Notes: generated by a model from the letters alone, not told the origin. Positions 8,506 through 16,658 are shown, numbered from the stretch's first letter. The stretch is DNA of 20,000 nt from an uncultured virus (IMG/VR IMGVR_UViG_3300042890_006716) (IMGVR_UViG_3300042890_006716); one strand, 5' to 3'. Numbers and translations: made by a program.

Positions 8506-8611
8506 ACAGGCAAAACAAATCTTGAAAGAGAACGGTAGACCTTCTTGTCCGTGTAAGTACAGCAGTACTGAGGCGATGATAGAAGAGGCTAAGAAATTAG
8601 TAAAAAAGTAA
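8495..8611 (+). CDS. Small hypothetical protein (38 aa, CPC motif, not in ORF track)
   Basis: MTLEQAKQILKENGRPSCPCKYSSTEAMIEEAKKLVKK. Overlaps the previous ORF and ends directly at a terminator. Confidence 0.55.
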   Translation: MTLEQAKQILKENGRPSCPCKYSSTEAMIEEAKKLVKK

Positions 8612-8638
8612 AAACCTGAGACTTCTCAGGTTTTTTTT
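8611..8638 (+). terminator. Rho-independent terminator
   Basis: AAAACCTGAG-ACTT-CTCAGGTTTTTTTT. Confidence 0.85.
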
Positions 8639-8640
8639 AT

Positions 8641-8648
8641 TATATTTG
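8641..8648 (+). promoter_or_regulatory. Bacteroidota-type -7 element
   Basis: TATATTTG 4 nt before ATG 8653. Confidence 0.55.
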
Positions 8649-8652
8649 TTCT

Positions 8653-9054
8653 ATGGAAAAGATTTTATACTTAGTTAGAGGTGTCCCTGGTTCAGGTAAA
8701 TCAACATTGGCAAAAAACTTGGGGGGGACTCACTTTGAGACTGACCAATACTTTATGGTCAATGGTGAATATAAGTTCGATGGTTCTAAATTGAGAGACG
8801 CCCACGAGTGGTGTCAACACAGTGTTAATACTGCAATGATTTTAAATCACACCGCAGGGTTGAACAATGTGATAGTTGTATCAAATACATTTACACAGGA
8901 GTGGGAAATGCAGAGTTACATTGATATGGCAAAAGATTGGGATTACAAGGTGTTTTCAATCATCGTAGAAAATCGTCACGGTGGAGTAAACGCTCACGGT
9001 GTTCCTGAAGATAAATTACAATCTATGAGAGATAGATTTGAGATTAAACTTTAA
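8653..9054 (+). CDS. P-loop kinase (AAA_33 / polynucleotide kinase-like)
   Basis: Walker A LVRGVPGSGKST, plus ETDQYF, IVVSNTF and HGVPEDKLQSMRDRFE typical of phage N4BP2/PNK-like kinases. Confidence 0.85.
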   Translation: MEKILYLVRGVPGSGKSTLAKNLGGTHFETDQYFMVNGEYKFDGSKLRDAHEWCQHSVNTAMILNHTAGLNNVIVVSNTFTQEWEMQSYIDMAKDWDYKVFSIIVENRHGGVNAHGVPEDKLQSMRDRFEIKL

Positions 9055-9057
9055 TGA

Positions 9058-9228
9058 ATGAATAATACCGCGTTAGTTTATATTTTATTTTTTTATGGGT
9101 TTGTTATTCTGATATCATTTTTGGGTGTCGTGTTAGAAAAAAATGCCCGAGTATTCCCAAAATCCAAGTTTAACAATTGGTGGAGAACCAACATAATTGG
9201 AGATGGGAATAAGAATAATTTTGGTTAA
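9058..9228 (+). CDS. Small single-pass membrane protein (56 aa, not in ORF track)
   Basis: MNNTALVYILFFYGFVILISFLGVVLEKNARVFPKSKFNNWWRTNIIG... with a clear TM helix. Fills the gap after the kinase. Confidence 0.65.
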   Translation: MNNTALVYILFFYGFVILISFLGVVLEKNARVFPKSKFNNWWRTNIIGDGNKNNFG

Positions 9229-9251
9229 TCAAAATATTTTTTCTATCTTAG
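9220..9251 (+). promoter_or_regulatory. Bacteroidota-type promoter (variant -7 element)
   Basis: TTTG 9220-9223, 20-nt spacer, TATCTTAG 9244-9251, ATG 9256. Confidence 0.6.
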
Positions 9252-9255
9252 CAAT

Positions 9256-9531
9256 ATGAAGAAACTACTTACCTTTTATTTCCTTAACAGAATCATCAAG
9301 GACCCTGTGATGACTGCAACAATTTATAAAGTTCTTTATGAAGGTGGTGACCTACCTGAACGCACCTACAGTTCGGTTATGGGACACACTCATAACCTGC
9401 CGGCGAATACCAATATGAGTAAGAAGGATGAGGTTATTGCGTCTTTGGAATACCTCAAGAGTAAAGAAGTTAAGACCAAGAAGGATAAAGAAGCCATCCA
9501 AATGTTGGAGGCGGTTTTAAACAACTTATGA
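9256..9531 (+). CDS. Hypothetical protein (91 aa)
   Basis: ATG ORF directly after a promoter-like motif. Charged helical C-terminus. Confidence 0.7.
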   Translation: MKKLLTFYFLNRIIKDPVMTATIYKVLYEGGDLPERTYSSVMGHTHNLPANTNMSKKDEVIASLEYLKSKEVKTKKDKEAIQMLEAVLNNL

Positions 9532-9532
9532 T

Positions 9533-9625
9533 ATGATTGGACATATAGAAGGTAAGATGATTCAATATTACCCTTACGTTAATTTACTGGAACCACTAAC
9601 AATTTTAATATTTATACTAATATGA
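9533..9625 (+). CDS. Possible 30-aa peptide
   Basis: MIGHIEGKMIQYYPYVNLLEPLTILIFILI exactly fills the gap, with an ATGA overlap with the next gene. Confidence 0.3.
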   Translation: MIGHIEGKMIQYYPYVNLLEPLTILIFILI

Positions 9626-9864
9626 TTAGCAATCACTACGGAGATTTAAAGAACTGGGTTATTAAAGTAATCAACTCTTGTGAAAATTTCAAACAACTTC
9701 ATTCTGCAAACAGACTGATTACTCTATACGATAAAAATCTTAGTCGAGATAAAAAAGTCGATTATGATTTACAATATCAGTGTAACCTTGAACTTCATAC
9801 AGTTTATGAAAACAAATTGTCGGAGATTATGAATAAACGAGAAAAAGAATTACTCAATGGTTAG
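9622..9864 (+). CDS. Hypothetical protein (80 aa)
   Basis: ATG ORF in a run of overlapping genes. TATTTAT at 9609-9615. Confidence 0.75.
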   Translation: MISNHYGDLKNWVIKVINSCENFKQLHSANRLITLYDKNLSRDKKVDYDLQYQCNLELHTVYENKLSEIMNKREKELLNG

Positions 9865-10084
9865 TCAAGAAGATAGTCAGTTTTTTTTCGACCTTGTTGA
9901 TGAATATTTAAAAAAGTCATATGGACTGAATGACACTGAACTTGCGTTCATATTTGAAAATATTGAAGACAGTGATGTTGAAGATTTTATAAGTATCGTA
10001 TCGACGAACCAAGTTAGCTTTTCTGACAAAAAGAGAGCTATTGGTATTAAACAAAAATATATGAAAATGTTATATGAAAATTGA
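9857..10084 (+). CDS. Hypothetical acidic protein (75 aa)
   Basis: Overlaps both neighbouring genes, consistent with translational coupling. Confidence 0.7.
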   Translation: MVSQEDSQFFFDLVDEYLKKSYGLNDTELAFIFENIEDSDVEDFISIVSTNQVSFSDKKRAIGIKQKYMKMLYEN

Positions 10085-10763
10085 TGCGTTGTTTATCTCA
10101 GATGTTCACTTGGGTGCTCGAGGAGTAAACGCTGAAGAACTAATTGAAGTCCTTAAAAAGTATGAACCAAAATATCTTTTTTTGGTGGGGGACATTATAG
10201 ATGGATGGTTACTTAAAAAAAGATTTTATTGGAAACAATCATACACAAACGTGATTAGAAAGATATTATCTTACTCAAAGAATGGGACTGAGGTTATTTA
10301 CGTATCAGGTAATCACGATGACTTCTTAAGGTCGTATGATGATATTGATTTCGGTAACATAAAAATCGTCAACGAATATAAGTTTGGTGAAAATGTTTTT
10401 GTAACACACGGTGATTTATATGACGGTGTTGTCAAGTGGAAATGGTTAGGTGTTATCGGTTCAATGGGATATGACTTAGCAATTTATGTCGATAGAAAAC
10501 TAAAAGGTATGGGTATGAAGTTTTCATTATCTAAATACCTTAAAGACAGTGTTAAAGAGGCGGTACAATTTATGACATCCTTTGAGAAACAATTGGCTTA
10601 CCAAGCGAAAAAAAGAGGATGTGATACAGTGATTTGTGGACACATACATCAACCATCTGATAAGATGGTGAGTGATGTTCATTATCTTAACTGTGGTGAT
10701 TGGATTGAAAACAAATCCTACATTATTTATAATAACGGAAAATTTGAATTGAATGAGTATTAA
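10074..10763 (+). CDS. UDP-2,3-diacylglucosamine diphosphatase-like (LpxH-like) metallophosphoesterase
   Basis: FISDVHLG, LVGDIIDGW, GNHD, HGD, CGHIH and YLNCGDWIE motifs. Confidence 0.85.
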   Translation: MKIDALFISDVHLGARGVNAEELIEVLKKYEPKYLFLVGDIIDGWLLKKRFYWKQSYTNVIRKILSYSKNGTEVIYVSGNHDDFLRSYDDIDFGNIKIVNEYKFGENVFVTHGDLYDGVVKWKWLGVIGSMGYDLAIYVDRKLKGMGMKFSLSKYLKDSVKEAVQFMTSFEKQLAYQAKKRGCDTVICGHIHQPSDKMVSDVHYLNCGDWIENKSYIIYNNGKFELNEY

Positions 10764-11472
10764 AGATAAACTAACAATTGTGATACCATCCTATAATGAA
10801 TGGAAGTATATTGATGCTACAATTACAAGTATCGCTTCACAAAATGGGATTTGGGGAACTAAAGTTATTGTCGCAGACGCTAAGAGCACCGATGGTACAA
10901 GAGACTTAGTTAAGTCTTTAAAAACTTATTATGAGCCAACAATCAAAATTGAGTTGATTAATGGTGGTCCTGTAGCTTACGGGAGAAATCAAGGTGCGAT
11001 GAGAAGTACTACACCATATATTTTATTCCTTGATGCTGACTCAACGTTATTAAACCCAAATCAAATAAAAGACACGTTAAAACAAATGGAGGATAACAAC
11101 CTTGATTTGTTGACTTGTAATGTTAGGTGTATAAATGGTGATGTTAAATGTGAAATGATATTTAAGATTTTCAACAGGATTAATCACATTATGAAAAAGA
11201 AAGTTCCGTTTGCGTTAGGGACTTATTTTATGACAACTCGTAGTGCGTTCTTCAGTACAGATGGGTTCGATGAAACGCTCCAACACTCAGAAGATTATCA
11301 TCTCAGTAAACAATACAGTCCAAAAAAGTTCCAAATATCAAAACACTATGTTGGGCAAGATAATCGTAGATTTCTAAAGATGGGGTATTTTGGAATGATT
11401 AGATTGGTAATAAGCAACTATTTTAACAGACACAACATTGAGCATTTTAAGAAAGATGTTGGTTATTGGTGA
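10753..11472 (+). CDS. Glycosyltransferase family 2
   Basis: LTIVIPSYNE, VADAKSTDGT, GRNQGA, LFLDAD and GFDE...SED motifs. Confidence 0.9.
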   Translation: MSIKDKLTIVIPSYNEWKYIDATITSIASQNGIWGTKVIVADAKSTDGTRDLVKSLKTYYEPTIKIELINGGPVAYGRNQGAMRSTTPYILFLDADSTLLNPNQIKDTLKQMEDNNLDLLTCNVRCINGDVKCEMIFKIFNRINHIMKKKVPFALGTYFMTTRSAFFSTDGFDETLQHSEDYHLSKQYSPKKFQISKHYVGQDNRRFLKMGYFGMIRLVISNYFNRHNIEHFKKDVGYW

Positions 11473-11489
11473 TAGGGATATTTATTAAT

Positions 11490-12155
11490 ATGAGACTATC
11501 TGAAGACATTTCACGTATAAAACAAGTTATGACATTACTTACCGAAAAAGTTGAGAATGGTGAGGTTATATGTGATAATTGTGGGTGGTCTTGGAAGATA
11601 TCTGAAGGTGGTGATGACACATACATTTGTCATAAGTGTTGGCACGATAACCAACCAAATCCAATCAATGAAGACACATCATTCGATGAGACTGTTAAAC
11701 GAGTTTTAACTAAACGACCTTTATTGGATGACACATTCAAAGAGTTTTTTATTGGTAAAAATGGGATGACTCTTGAAAAAGCTCGTCATATTTTAATTAG
11801 AAATGTGTTGGGTGGTTTTGATAATATAATTAAAAATAATTTAGACTTTTTGTTATCAAAACATCACGTAGAAAGTGGTGGATACAACTTTGACTTCAAA
11901 ATAAAAAACTACCACGTAAATGAAGATTTAAAACGAATTGATTTTTGGGCAATCGTAGATGGTACTGTTAGTTTAGTTATGACAGGTGACTATGAACCTA
12001 GAAATTTGAAAGATGTTGTTAATGATGAGGAGATTGGATGGGAAGTTAGTATGGAGATACAAGATGAATTAAATGACTACTTCTATGAAAATTTCTTCAA
12101 AAGAACAGGGATTGTTGTAGATAGCGACGGGTTTAGTGTTGGTAAAATCAGATAA
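11490..12155 (+). CDS. Hypothetical protein with conserved leader and zinc-ribbon (CDNC...CHKC)
   Basis: ATG 11490 is preferred over GTG 11466 because TATTTAT lies at 11479-11485 and the leader MRLSEDISRIKQVMTLLTE matches those at 17516 and 17955. Confidence 0.8.
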   Translation: MRLSEDISRIKQVMTLLTEKVENGEVICDNCGWSWKISEGGDDTYICHKCWHDNQPNPINEDTSFDETVKRVLTKRPLLDDTFKEFFIGKNGMTLEKARHILIRNVLGGFDNIIKNNLDFLLSKHHVESGGYNFDFKIKNYHVNEDLKRIDFWAIVDGTVSLVMTGDYEPRNLKDVVNDEEIGWEVSMEIQDELNDYFYENFFKRTGIVVDSDGFSVGKIR

Positions 12156-12169
12156 AATCCGTATGTTTG
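12139..12169 (+). promoter_or_regulatory. Bacteroidota-type -33/-7 promoter
   Basis: TTG 12139-12141, 20-nt spacer, TATGTTTG 12162-12169, upstream of ATG 12182. Confidence 0.7.
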
Positions 12170-12181
12170 TAAAAAAAACAT

Positions 12182-13195
12182 ATGGAAAGAAAATTAGCGT
12201 CTATTAGAAAAGTTACTGACATCCAAGAAATCGTCGGAGCCGATGCGATTGAAGTTGCCGTTGTAGGAGGTTGGAAGGTTGTTACCAAGAAAGGTGAATA
12301 CGAACCTGGTGACTTGTGTGTATACTGTGAGATTGATTCATTCCTACCAATCAAAGAAGAGTTCGAGTTCTTGCGTAAATCGTCTTACAAAAAAATGGGT
12401 GACCAAGAAGGTTTCCGTTTAAAAACCATTAAACTTCGTGGACAAGTTTCACAAGGTTTAATCTTACCTATGAGTGTCTTCGGGGACTTTGGTTGGACAG
12501 CTTATGAGGGTCTTGATGTTACCGAGAGATTGGGTATCGTTAAATACGAACCACCAATCCCCGCAGAACTTGCTGGTAAAGTCAAAGGTCCGTTCCCATC
12601 GTTCTTACACAAAACTGATGAGGAAAGGGTTCAGAACATCTCTGTTGAATACTCTGCGATGTGTTACAGGAGTGAACACAAATTTTACGTAACTGAAAAG
12701 TTGGATGGTTCATCTGCAACATTCTACTTTAGAAAAGGTGAGTTTGGTGTTTGTTCTCGTAATTTGGAACTTTTAGAAACTGAAGGTAATACTTTTTGGA
12801 AAGTTGCTCGTGAAATGAACATAGAAGAAAAGTTAAGTTCATTGGGCAAAAACGTTTGTTTACAAGGTGAATTAATTGGTGAAGGTATTCAGGGTAACCC
12901 ATACAAAATTAAAGGTCAGATGGTAAAGTTCTTCAACGCCTTTGACATTGATAATGGTGTTAGATATACTATGCCAAAGTTTGTTGACCTTATGGAGAAT
13001 TGTGGTTTTGATTATGTTCCTTTCTTGGAGATGGACTTCTTGTTACCAAATTCTGTTGAAGGTATGTTAAAATATGCTGAAGGTAGTTCCGTATTAAACA
13101 GGAATACTGAACGTGAAGGTGTTGTGGTTAGGTCTTACGATACCAAAATAAGTTTCAAAGCAATCAGTAATAAATTCTTATTAAACGAGAAGTGA
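12182..13195 (+). CDS. ATP-dependent RNA ligase, DRB0094/Rnl5 family
   Basis: N-terminal OB-like domain (RKLASIRK...GADAIE...YCEIDSFLP...KLRGQVSQGL). Nucleotidyltransferase motifs EKLDG, QGELIG, FNAFDI, EGVVV and SFKAISNKFL. Confidence 0.93.
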   Translation: MERKLASIRKVTDIQEIVGADAIEVAVVGGWKVVTKKGEYEPGDLCVYCEIDSFLPIKEEFEFLRKSSYKKMGDQEGFRLKTIKLRGQVSQGLILPMSVFGDFGWTAYEGLDVTERLGIVKYEPPIPAELAGKVKGPFPSFLHKTDEERVQNISVEYSAMCYRSEHKFYVTEKLDGSSATFYFRKGEFGVCSRNLELLETEGNTFWKVAREMNIEEKLSSLGKNVCLQGELIGEGIQGNPYKIKGQMVKFFNAFDIDNGVRYTMPKFVDLMENCGFDYVPFLEMDFLLPNSVEGMLKYAEGSSVLNRNTEREGVVVRSYDTKISFKAISNKFLLNEK

Positions 13196-13413
13196 TGGAA
13201 GAGAATAAAATAAGAAAAACTGTAATTCACGAGGAACTTAATGAGAAACAACAGGAAATGTATGACGAATGGTTATCACACATTAAAGCGATTTATGGAG
13301 AATATGGTACATTCACTTGGAAAATAACTCCAACAGGAATTGGAAATGGTCTTGTGGTTTATAGTCACCTGGCTAAGGTTGAAATTGATTTAACTGATGT
13401 TGAATCTTGGTAA
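13192..13413 (+). CDS. Hypothetical protein (72-73 aa)
   Basis: Overlaps the ligase stop codon and ends directly before a terminator. Contains TPTGIG...IDLTDVESW. Confidence 0.8.
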   Translation: MMEENKIRKTVIHEELNEKQQEMYDEWLSHIKAIYGEYGTFTWKITPTGIGNGLVVYSHLAKVEIDLTDVESW

Positions 13414-13416
13414 AAC

Positions 13417-13446
13417 AAAAAACCCTCACTTAAAGTGGGGGTTTTT
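13417..13446. terminator. Bidirectional rho-independent terminator between convergent genes
   Basis: AAAAAACCCTCACT-TAA-AGTGGGGGTTTTT with A and T tracts on either side. Confidence 0.85.
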
Positions 13447-13448
13447 AT

Positions 13449-14342
13449 TTAAAAGTGTTTTCTCATAGTAGGTGAATCTATTTCAAATACTGATAAACTA
13501 TATCCTTCACCTTCAATGTAATCTTTAATAACGGTGAAAATATTTTGTAATTTTTCTCTATTTTCACTACGACTATGCCAAGATGTGTATTGGTCAGGGT
13601 TATTTAAAATTATGTCGAGGTCCATTCTGTAGTTGTTTTCTTTTAGTTTAATTGCTTTAACCTTGTCTTTTAAAAACTCGTTTGACTTGACAAATTTTCT
13701 AAGTTGTTTAAGGAATTTTTGAGTCCACTCCTGACGGCCAGTATATTCTGTTTCGTATACGTTAAATTGTATACCTCCTTCAGTTGGGTTACCCTTCTTT
13801 AGGTTTAGCTCAGACTTCAAGTCACTAACTAATTTGTTAAATGGAGATGAATATGAACGAGACGTGTATTTTAAAATTTCGGGATTTACTTGGCCTGATT
13901 TAACAATATCTTCATAATTTATAAATGTACGGAATTCTACATTATTAGGTATTTCTTCAGTTACGGTGTAATTAACTTCTTTAGGTATATTCATTTTTGA
14001 TATTGACCAATTTAAATATCTTTTGAACGTGTCTGTAAATTTTTTCTCAGGTGAATAAATTGATACTTCATATAAACCTGCGTCATAAAGTTCACGACCA
14101 TAAATTGCAGGAATACCTCTTGGACTATAACGTGTTTTATTCTTATCCAAATTATAGTGTTTAATAAAACTATCTAAAAAATTAGTCATTAGATATGACA
14201 TATTGATTCTACGAGATAACTTTGGATTTCTCTCGAAGGCAAAATCCCTCAACATATCATAAAATATAATCTCGTAATCAGAATCTGTTAAATAGTCACG
14301 CAAATTTACGGATTCCGTAATATATTGTCTGTAATCACTCAT
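13449..14342 (-). CDS. Hypothetical protein (297 aa) with ITE-ending leader
   Basis: Long ORF beginning MSDYRQYITES. TATTTAT on the minus strand at 14351-14357. Confidence 0.85.
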   Translation of the reverse strand: MSDYRQYITESVNLRDYLTDSDYEIIFYDMLRDFAFERNPKLSRRINMSYLMTNFLDSFIKHYNLDKNKTRYSPRGIPAIYGRELYDAGLYEVSIYSPEKKFTDTFKRYLNWSISKMNIPKEVNYTVTEEIPNNVEFRTFINYEDIVKSGQVNPEILKYTSRSYSSPFNKLVSDLKSELNLKKGNPTEGGIQFNVYETEYTGRQEWTQKFLKQLRKFVKSNEFLKDKVKAIKLKENNYRMDLDIILNNPDQYTSWHSRSENREKLQNIFTVIKDYIEGEGYSLSVFEIDSPTMRKHF

Positions 14343-14399
14343 AGTTAAAGATAAATACCCACAAATATAAGTTTTTACCGTTTAATCTACCCAAACAAG

Positions 14400-14428
14400 T
14401 TGAAACTTTTTTTTTAATAATGTATAAT
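14400..14428 (+). promoter_or_regulatory. Promoter-like element TTGAAA-N17-TATAAT
   Basis: TTGAAA 14400-14405 and TATAAT 14423-14428, the same TTG-N20-TA geometry as the other promoters. Favours ATG 14465 as the downstream start. Confidence 0.5.
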
Positions 14429-14464
14429 TATAAAAACCCCTCTGAGAAAACAAATCTCAAGAAT

Positions 14465-14818
14465 ATGGAAGTAACATATAGATTTTATAAAACCCCTGAA
14501 AGCAGATGGTTTGTGGACATTCCCAAATGGGAAGGTGATATTGACGAACTCGAGATGATATCAGGTGCTGACTATCTCTGTGAATTAATTGCTCAAGGTG
14601 ATAGTGAGTTCAAGTGTACCTTGTCGGATGAGAAAATGAAAGCATCATACACTTTGATTAAGACTAAAGACGGTAAAAAAGAAATTGGTGGTGCTTGGTA
14701 TGTGTTACCATCAATTTACTCGATAGATTATAATTTAGACCTGTGGTTATGTGATGTCACGGCAAAGATATTTGAGAGGTTTCCTGACATAATTTATTTT
14801 TATAGGAACCATTTTTAA
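14465..14818 (+). CDS. Hypothetical protein, DUF6717-like
   Basis: FYK...RWFVDIPKWEG...LEMISGAD...LWLCDVT..IF..FP..IYF pattern. Alternative start 14420 overlaps the promoter. Confidence 0.65.
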   Translation: MEVTYRFYKTPESRWFVDIPKWEGDIDELEMISGADYLCELIAQGDSEFKCTLSDEKMKASYTLIKTKDGKKEIGGAWYVLPSIYSIDYNLDLWLCDVTAKIFERFPDIIYFYRNHF

Positions 14819-14827
14819 TTTTATTTT

Positions 14828-15259
14828 ATGAAACCAAATAGTGAGAAGTATAGTATTGGTGTGATTGCTGGTAATTTTGATGTTATCCATCCTGGATATA
14901 TCGAGATGTTCAAAGAGATGAAAGAACATTGTTATTGGGTCCACGTGTTGTTGCACACTGACCCAACCATCGAAAGACCTGAGAAGTTAAAACCAATCCT
15001 AAGTGTTGAGGAGAGAGTCAAAATGTTGTTATCACTTAAATACGTTAATGAGGTCTCAACCTACACAACAGAAAAAGAATTGGTTGAACTTATTTTGAAA
15101 GTAAGTCCTGGTGTGAGATTCCTGGGTGATGATTACAAAGATAAAGACTTTACTGGTAAGGAACTTCCAATTGACATTCATTATTTAAATCGTTCTCACG
15201 GATGGAGTACGACAAAATTTAAAAAGATGATTGCTGAGTCGATTAATTCAACAACTTAA
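14828..15259 (+). CDS. Cytidylyltransferase-like nucleotidyltransferase (TagD/RfaE-II superfamily)
   Basis: AGNFDVIHPGY (HxGH-like), KPILSVEER, LGDDY and RSHGWSTT motifs. Confidence 0.88.
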   Translation: MKPNSEKYSIGVIAGNFDVIHPGYIEMFKEMKEHCYWVHVLLHTDPTIERPEKLKPILSVEERVKMLLSLKYVNEVSTYTTEKELVELILKVSPGVRFLGDDYKDKDFTGKELPIDIHYLNRSHGWSTTKFKKMIAESINSTT

Positions 15260-15528
15260 TTATTCGGGTCATAGGTTTGAATTGAAACGCTATTAAAACT
15301 ATTTCTTCCTCCTGCAACATCGTAAACAATTTCTCTGGCATCGTTCATCATTTTACTTGCATTGATATTTAACAAGTCCTTATAAGCGACTCCAATGTAG
15401 ATAAAATAATCTGTGCGATATTCTAACATAGGGTCCTTTCTAACACTAACTACGACATCAACAATTTCGGGGTACTGTCTCCTCAAAAGGGCTAGTAGTA
15501 GTTTTTTTATGACGATTGCGTTATCCAT
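15256..15528 (-). CDS. Hypothetical protein (90 aa)
   Basis: ATG ORF convergent with the cytidylyltransferase. TATTTAT on the minus strand at 15534-15540. Confidence 0.75.
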   Translation of the reverse strand: MDNAIVIKKLLLALLRRQYPEIVDVVVSVRKDPMLEYRTDYFIYIGVAYKDLLNINASKMMNDAREIVYDVAGGRNSFNSVSIQTYDPNN

Positions 15529-15549
15529 TAAAAATAAATAGTGGTCGTG

Positions 15550-15580
15550 TTGGTTATATCAAAATAAGATTATATCTTTG
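15550..15580 (+). promoter_or_regulatory. Bacteroidota-type -33/-7 promoter
   Basis: TTG 15550-15552, 20-nt spacer, TATCTTTG 15573-15580, ATG 15585. Confidence 0.7.
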
Positions 15581-15584
15581 TGGT

Positions 15585-15683
15585 ATGATTTTAATCTACC
15601 TCCTCCTACTTTATTGTCTTGTTTACGTTATCTTTAGAGGAGTCGATTATGTATTCAGATGGTTGTACGATAAACTTTTTTAA
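15585..15683 (+). CDS. Small membrane peptide (32 aa, not in ORF track)
   Basis: MILIYLLLLYCLVYVIFRGVDYVFRWLYDKLF, 4 nt after the promoter motif. Confidence 0.55.
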   Translation: MILIYLLLLYCLVYVIFRGVDYVFRWLYDKLF

Positions 15684-15693
15684 ATTATAGATT

Positions 15694-15810
15694 ATGAGAC
15701 CTGAACACTTTTACACAATTATAGGGACGGTTCTTGGTATATTTTTACTGGGGGTTGTTATTTGTTACGGTGATGAAATTAAAAACCGATGGAAAAAAAT
15801 ATGGAAATGA
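15694..15810 (+). CDS. Small membrane peptide (38 aa, not in ORF track)
   Basis: MRPEHFYTIIGTVLGIFLLGVVICYGDEIKNRWKKIWK: a TM helix plus basic tail. Confidence 0.55.
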   Translation: MRPEHFYTIIGTVLGIFLLGVVICYGDEIKNRWKKIWK

Positions 15811-16031
15811 TGGTATTGTTTATTTTAATTTTAGTTGGTGTATTGGAGGTTTTGTTGATGCATTGGACCGTCAGTAAACTTGTTGATATGAAATCATTCA
15901 AAGAATATTTAAAATTTCAATTCGACAATAAAGATGAACTTTATGTTGGATATGTGGTGGTTATGAGTATTTTAGGTTGGTGTGCATTTTTTATTGCCAA
16001 CTCCGCAATTTATAATACATTTATAAAATAA
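15789..16031 (+). CDS. Small membrane protein (2 TM helices)
   Basis: Two hydrophobic segments. Several possible ATG starts between 15789 and 15810. Confidence 0.7.
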   Translation: MEKNMEMMVLFILILVGVLEVLLMHWTVSKLVDMKSFKEYLKFQFDNKDELYVGYVVVMSILGWCAFFIANSAIYNTFIK

Positions 16032-16034
16032 TTT

Positions 16035-16658
16035 ATGATAGATAATATACTACAAATAAAACAACTACTTAACTTCGAAAACGAGGGTGATTTTTATATG
16101 CTCTATGTCTTCAAGAGAAAGAAAGACCAACCTGAAGGTGAAAGAGATAATCACCAATCGGTTAGGACTATTAAAACATATTGTGTTAGTAGTATTGAGT
16201 ATCTTGAAAAACGATATGAAGAGATTAAACAACTCTGTGAGATGTTCAAAGCTCGTGCATATATTCACGTTCAAAAGCAAAACCACAAAGATGTATCATT
16301 GAATATGATGGTCGCCCTTGCTCAAAGAATTCAGGACGGAAACCTAAAACAACAACACCTGTTTGATTCTGTTGTTGGTCAAATTAAAACACAAGAGAAA
16401 CGTTGGGTTATTGATATTGACAATGTAAGTCTTGATAACTTTGCACATAACAGTTATTACACTTCTATGAGAGAATTCATTAATGAGTTACATAAGGAAG
16501 ATGGTAGGGATACATTTATGACATACATTAAAACAAGGAGTGGGGTACACATCATCACACAACCCTTCAATACAATGAAATTCAAGGAAAGATATCCTGA
16601 TGTTGATATTCAAAAGAAAAACCCAACATTACTTTATTTACCTGAGAGTTTAAAATAA
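16035..16658 (+). CDS. Hypothetical protein with AEP/primase-polymerase-like motifs
   Basis: RWVIDID (hhhDhD), KTRSGVHII (sxH) and a later VDI appear in the order of AEP motifs I-III. Confidence 0.5.
   Translation: MIDNILQIKQLLNFENEGDFYMLYVFKRKKDQPEGERDNHQSVRTIKTYCVSSIEYLEKRYEEIKQLCEMFKARAYIHVQKQNHKDVSLNMMVALAQRIQDGNLKQQHLFDSVVGQIKTQEKRWVIDIDNVSLDNFAHNSYYTSMREFINELHKEDGRDTFMTYIKTRSGVHIITQPFNTMKFKERYPDVDIQKKNPTLLYLPESLK

Noticed and set aside
11466..11489. GTG start at 11466, and likewise track starts 7866, 14420 and 16731
   Set aside because: Downstream ATGs (11490, 7884, 14465, 16773) fit the promoter motifs and conserved N-termini better.
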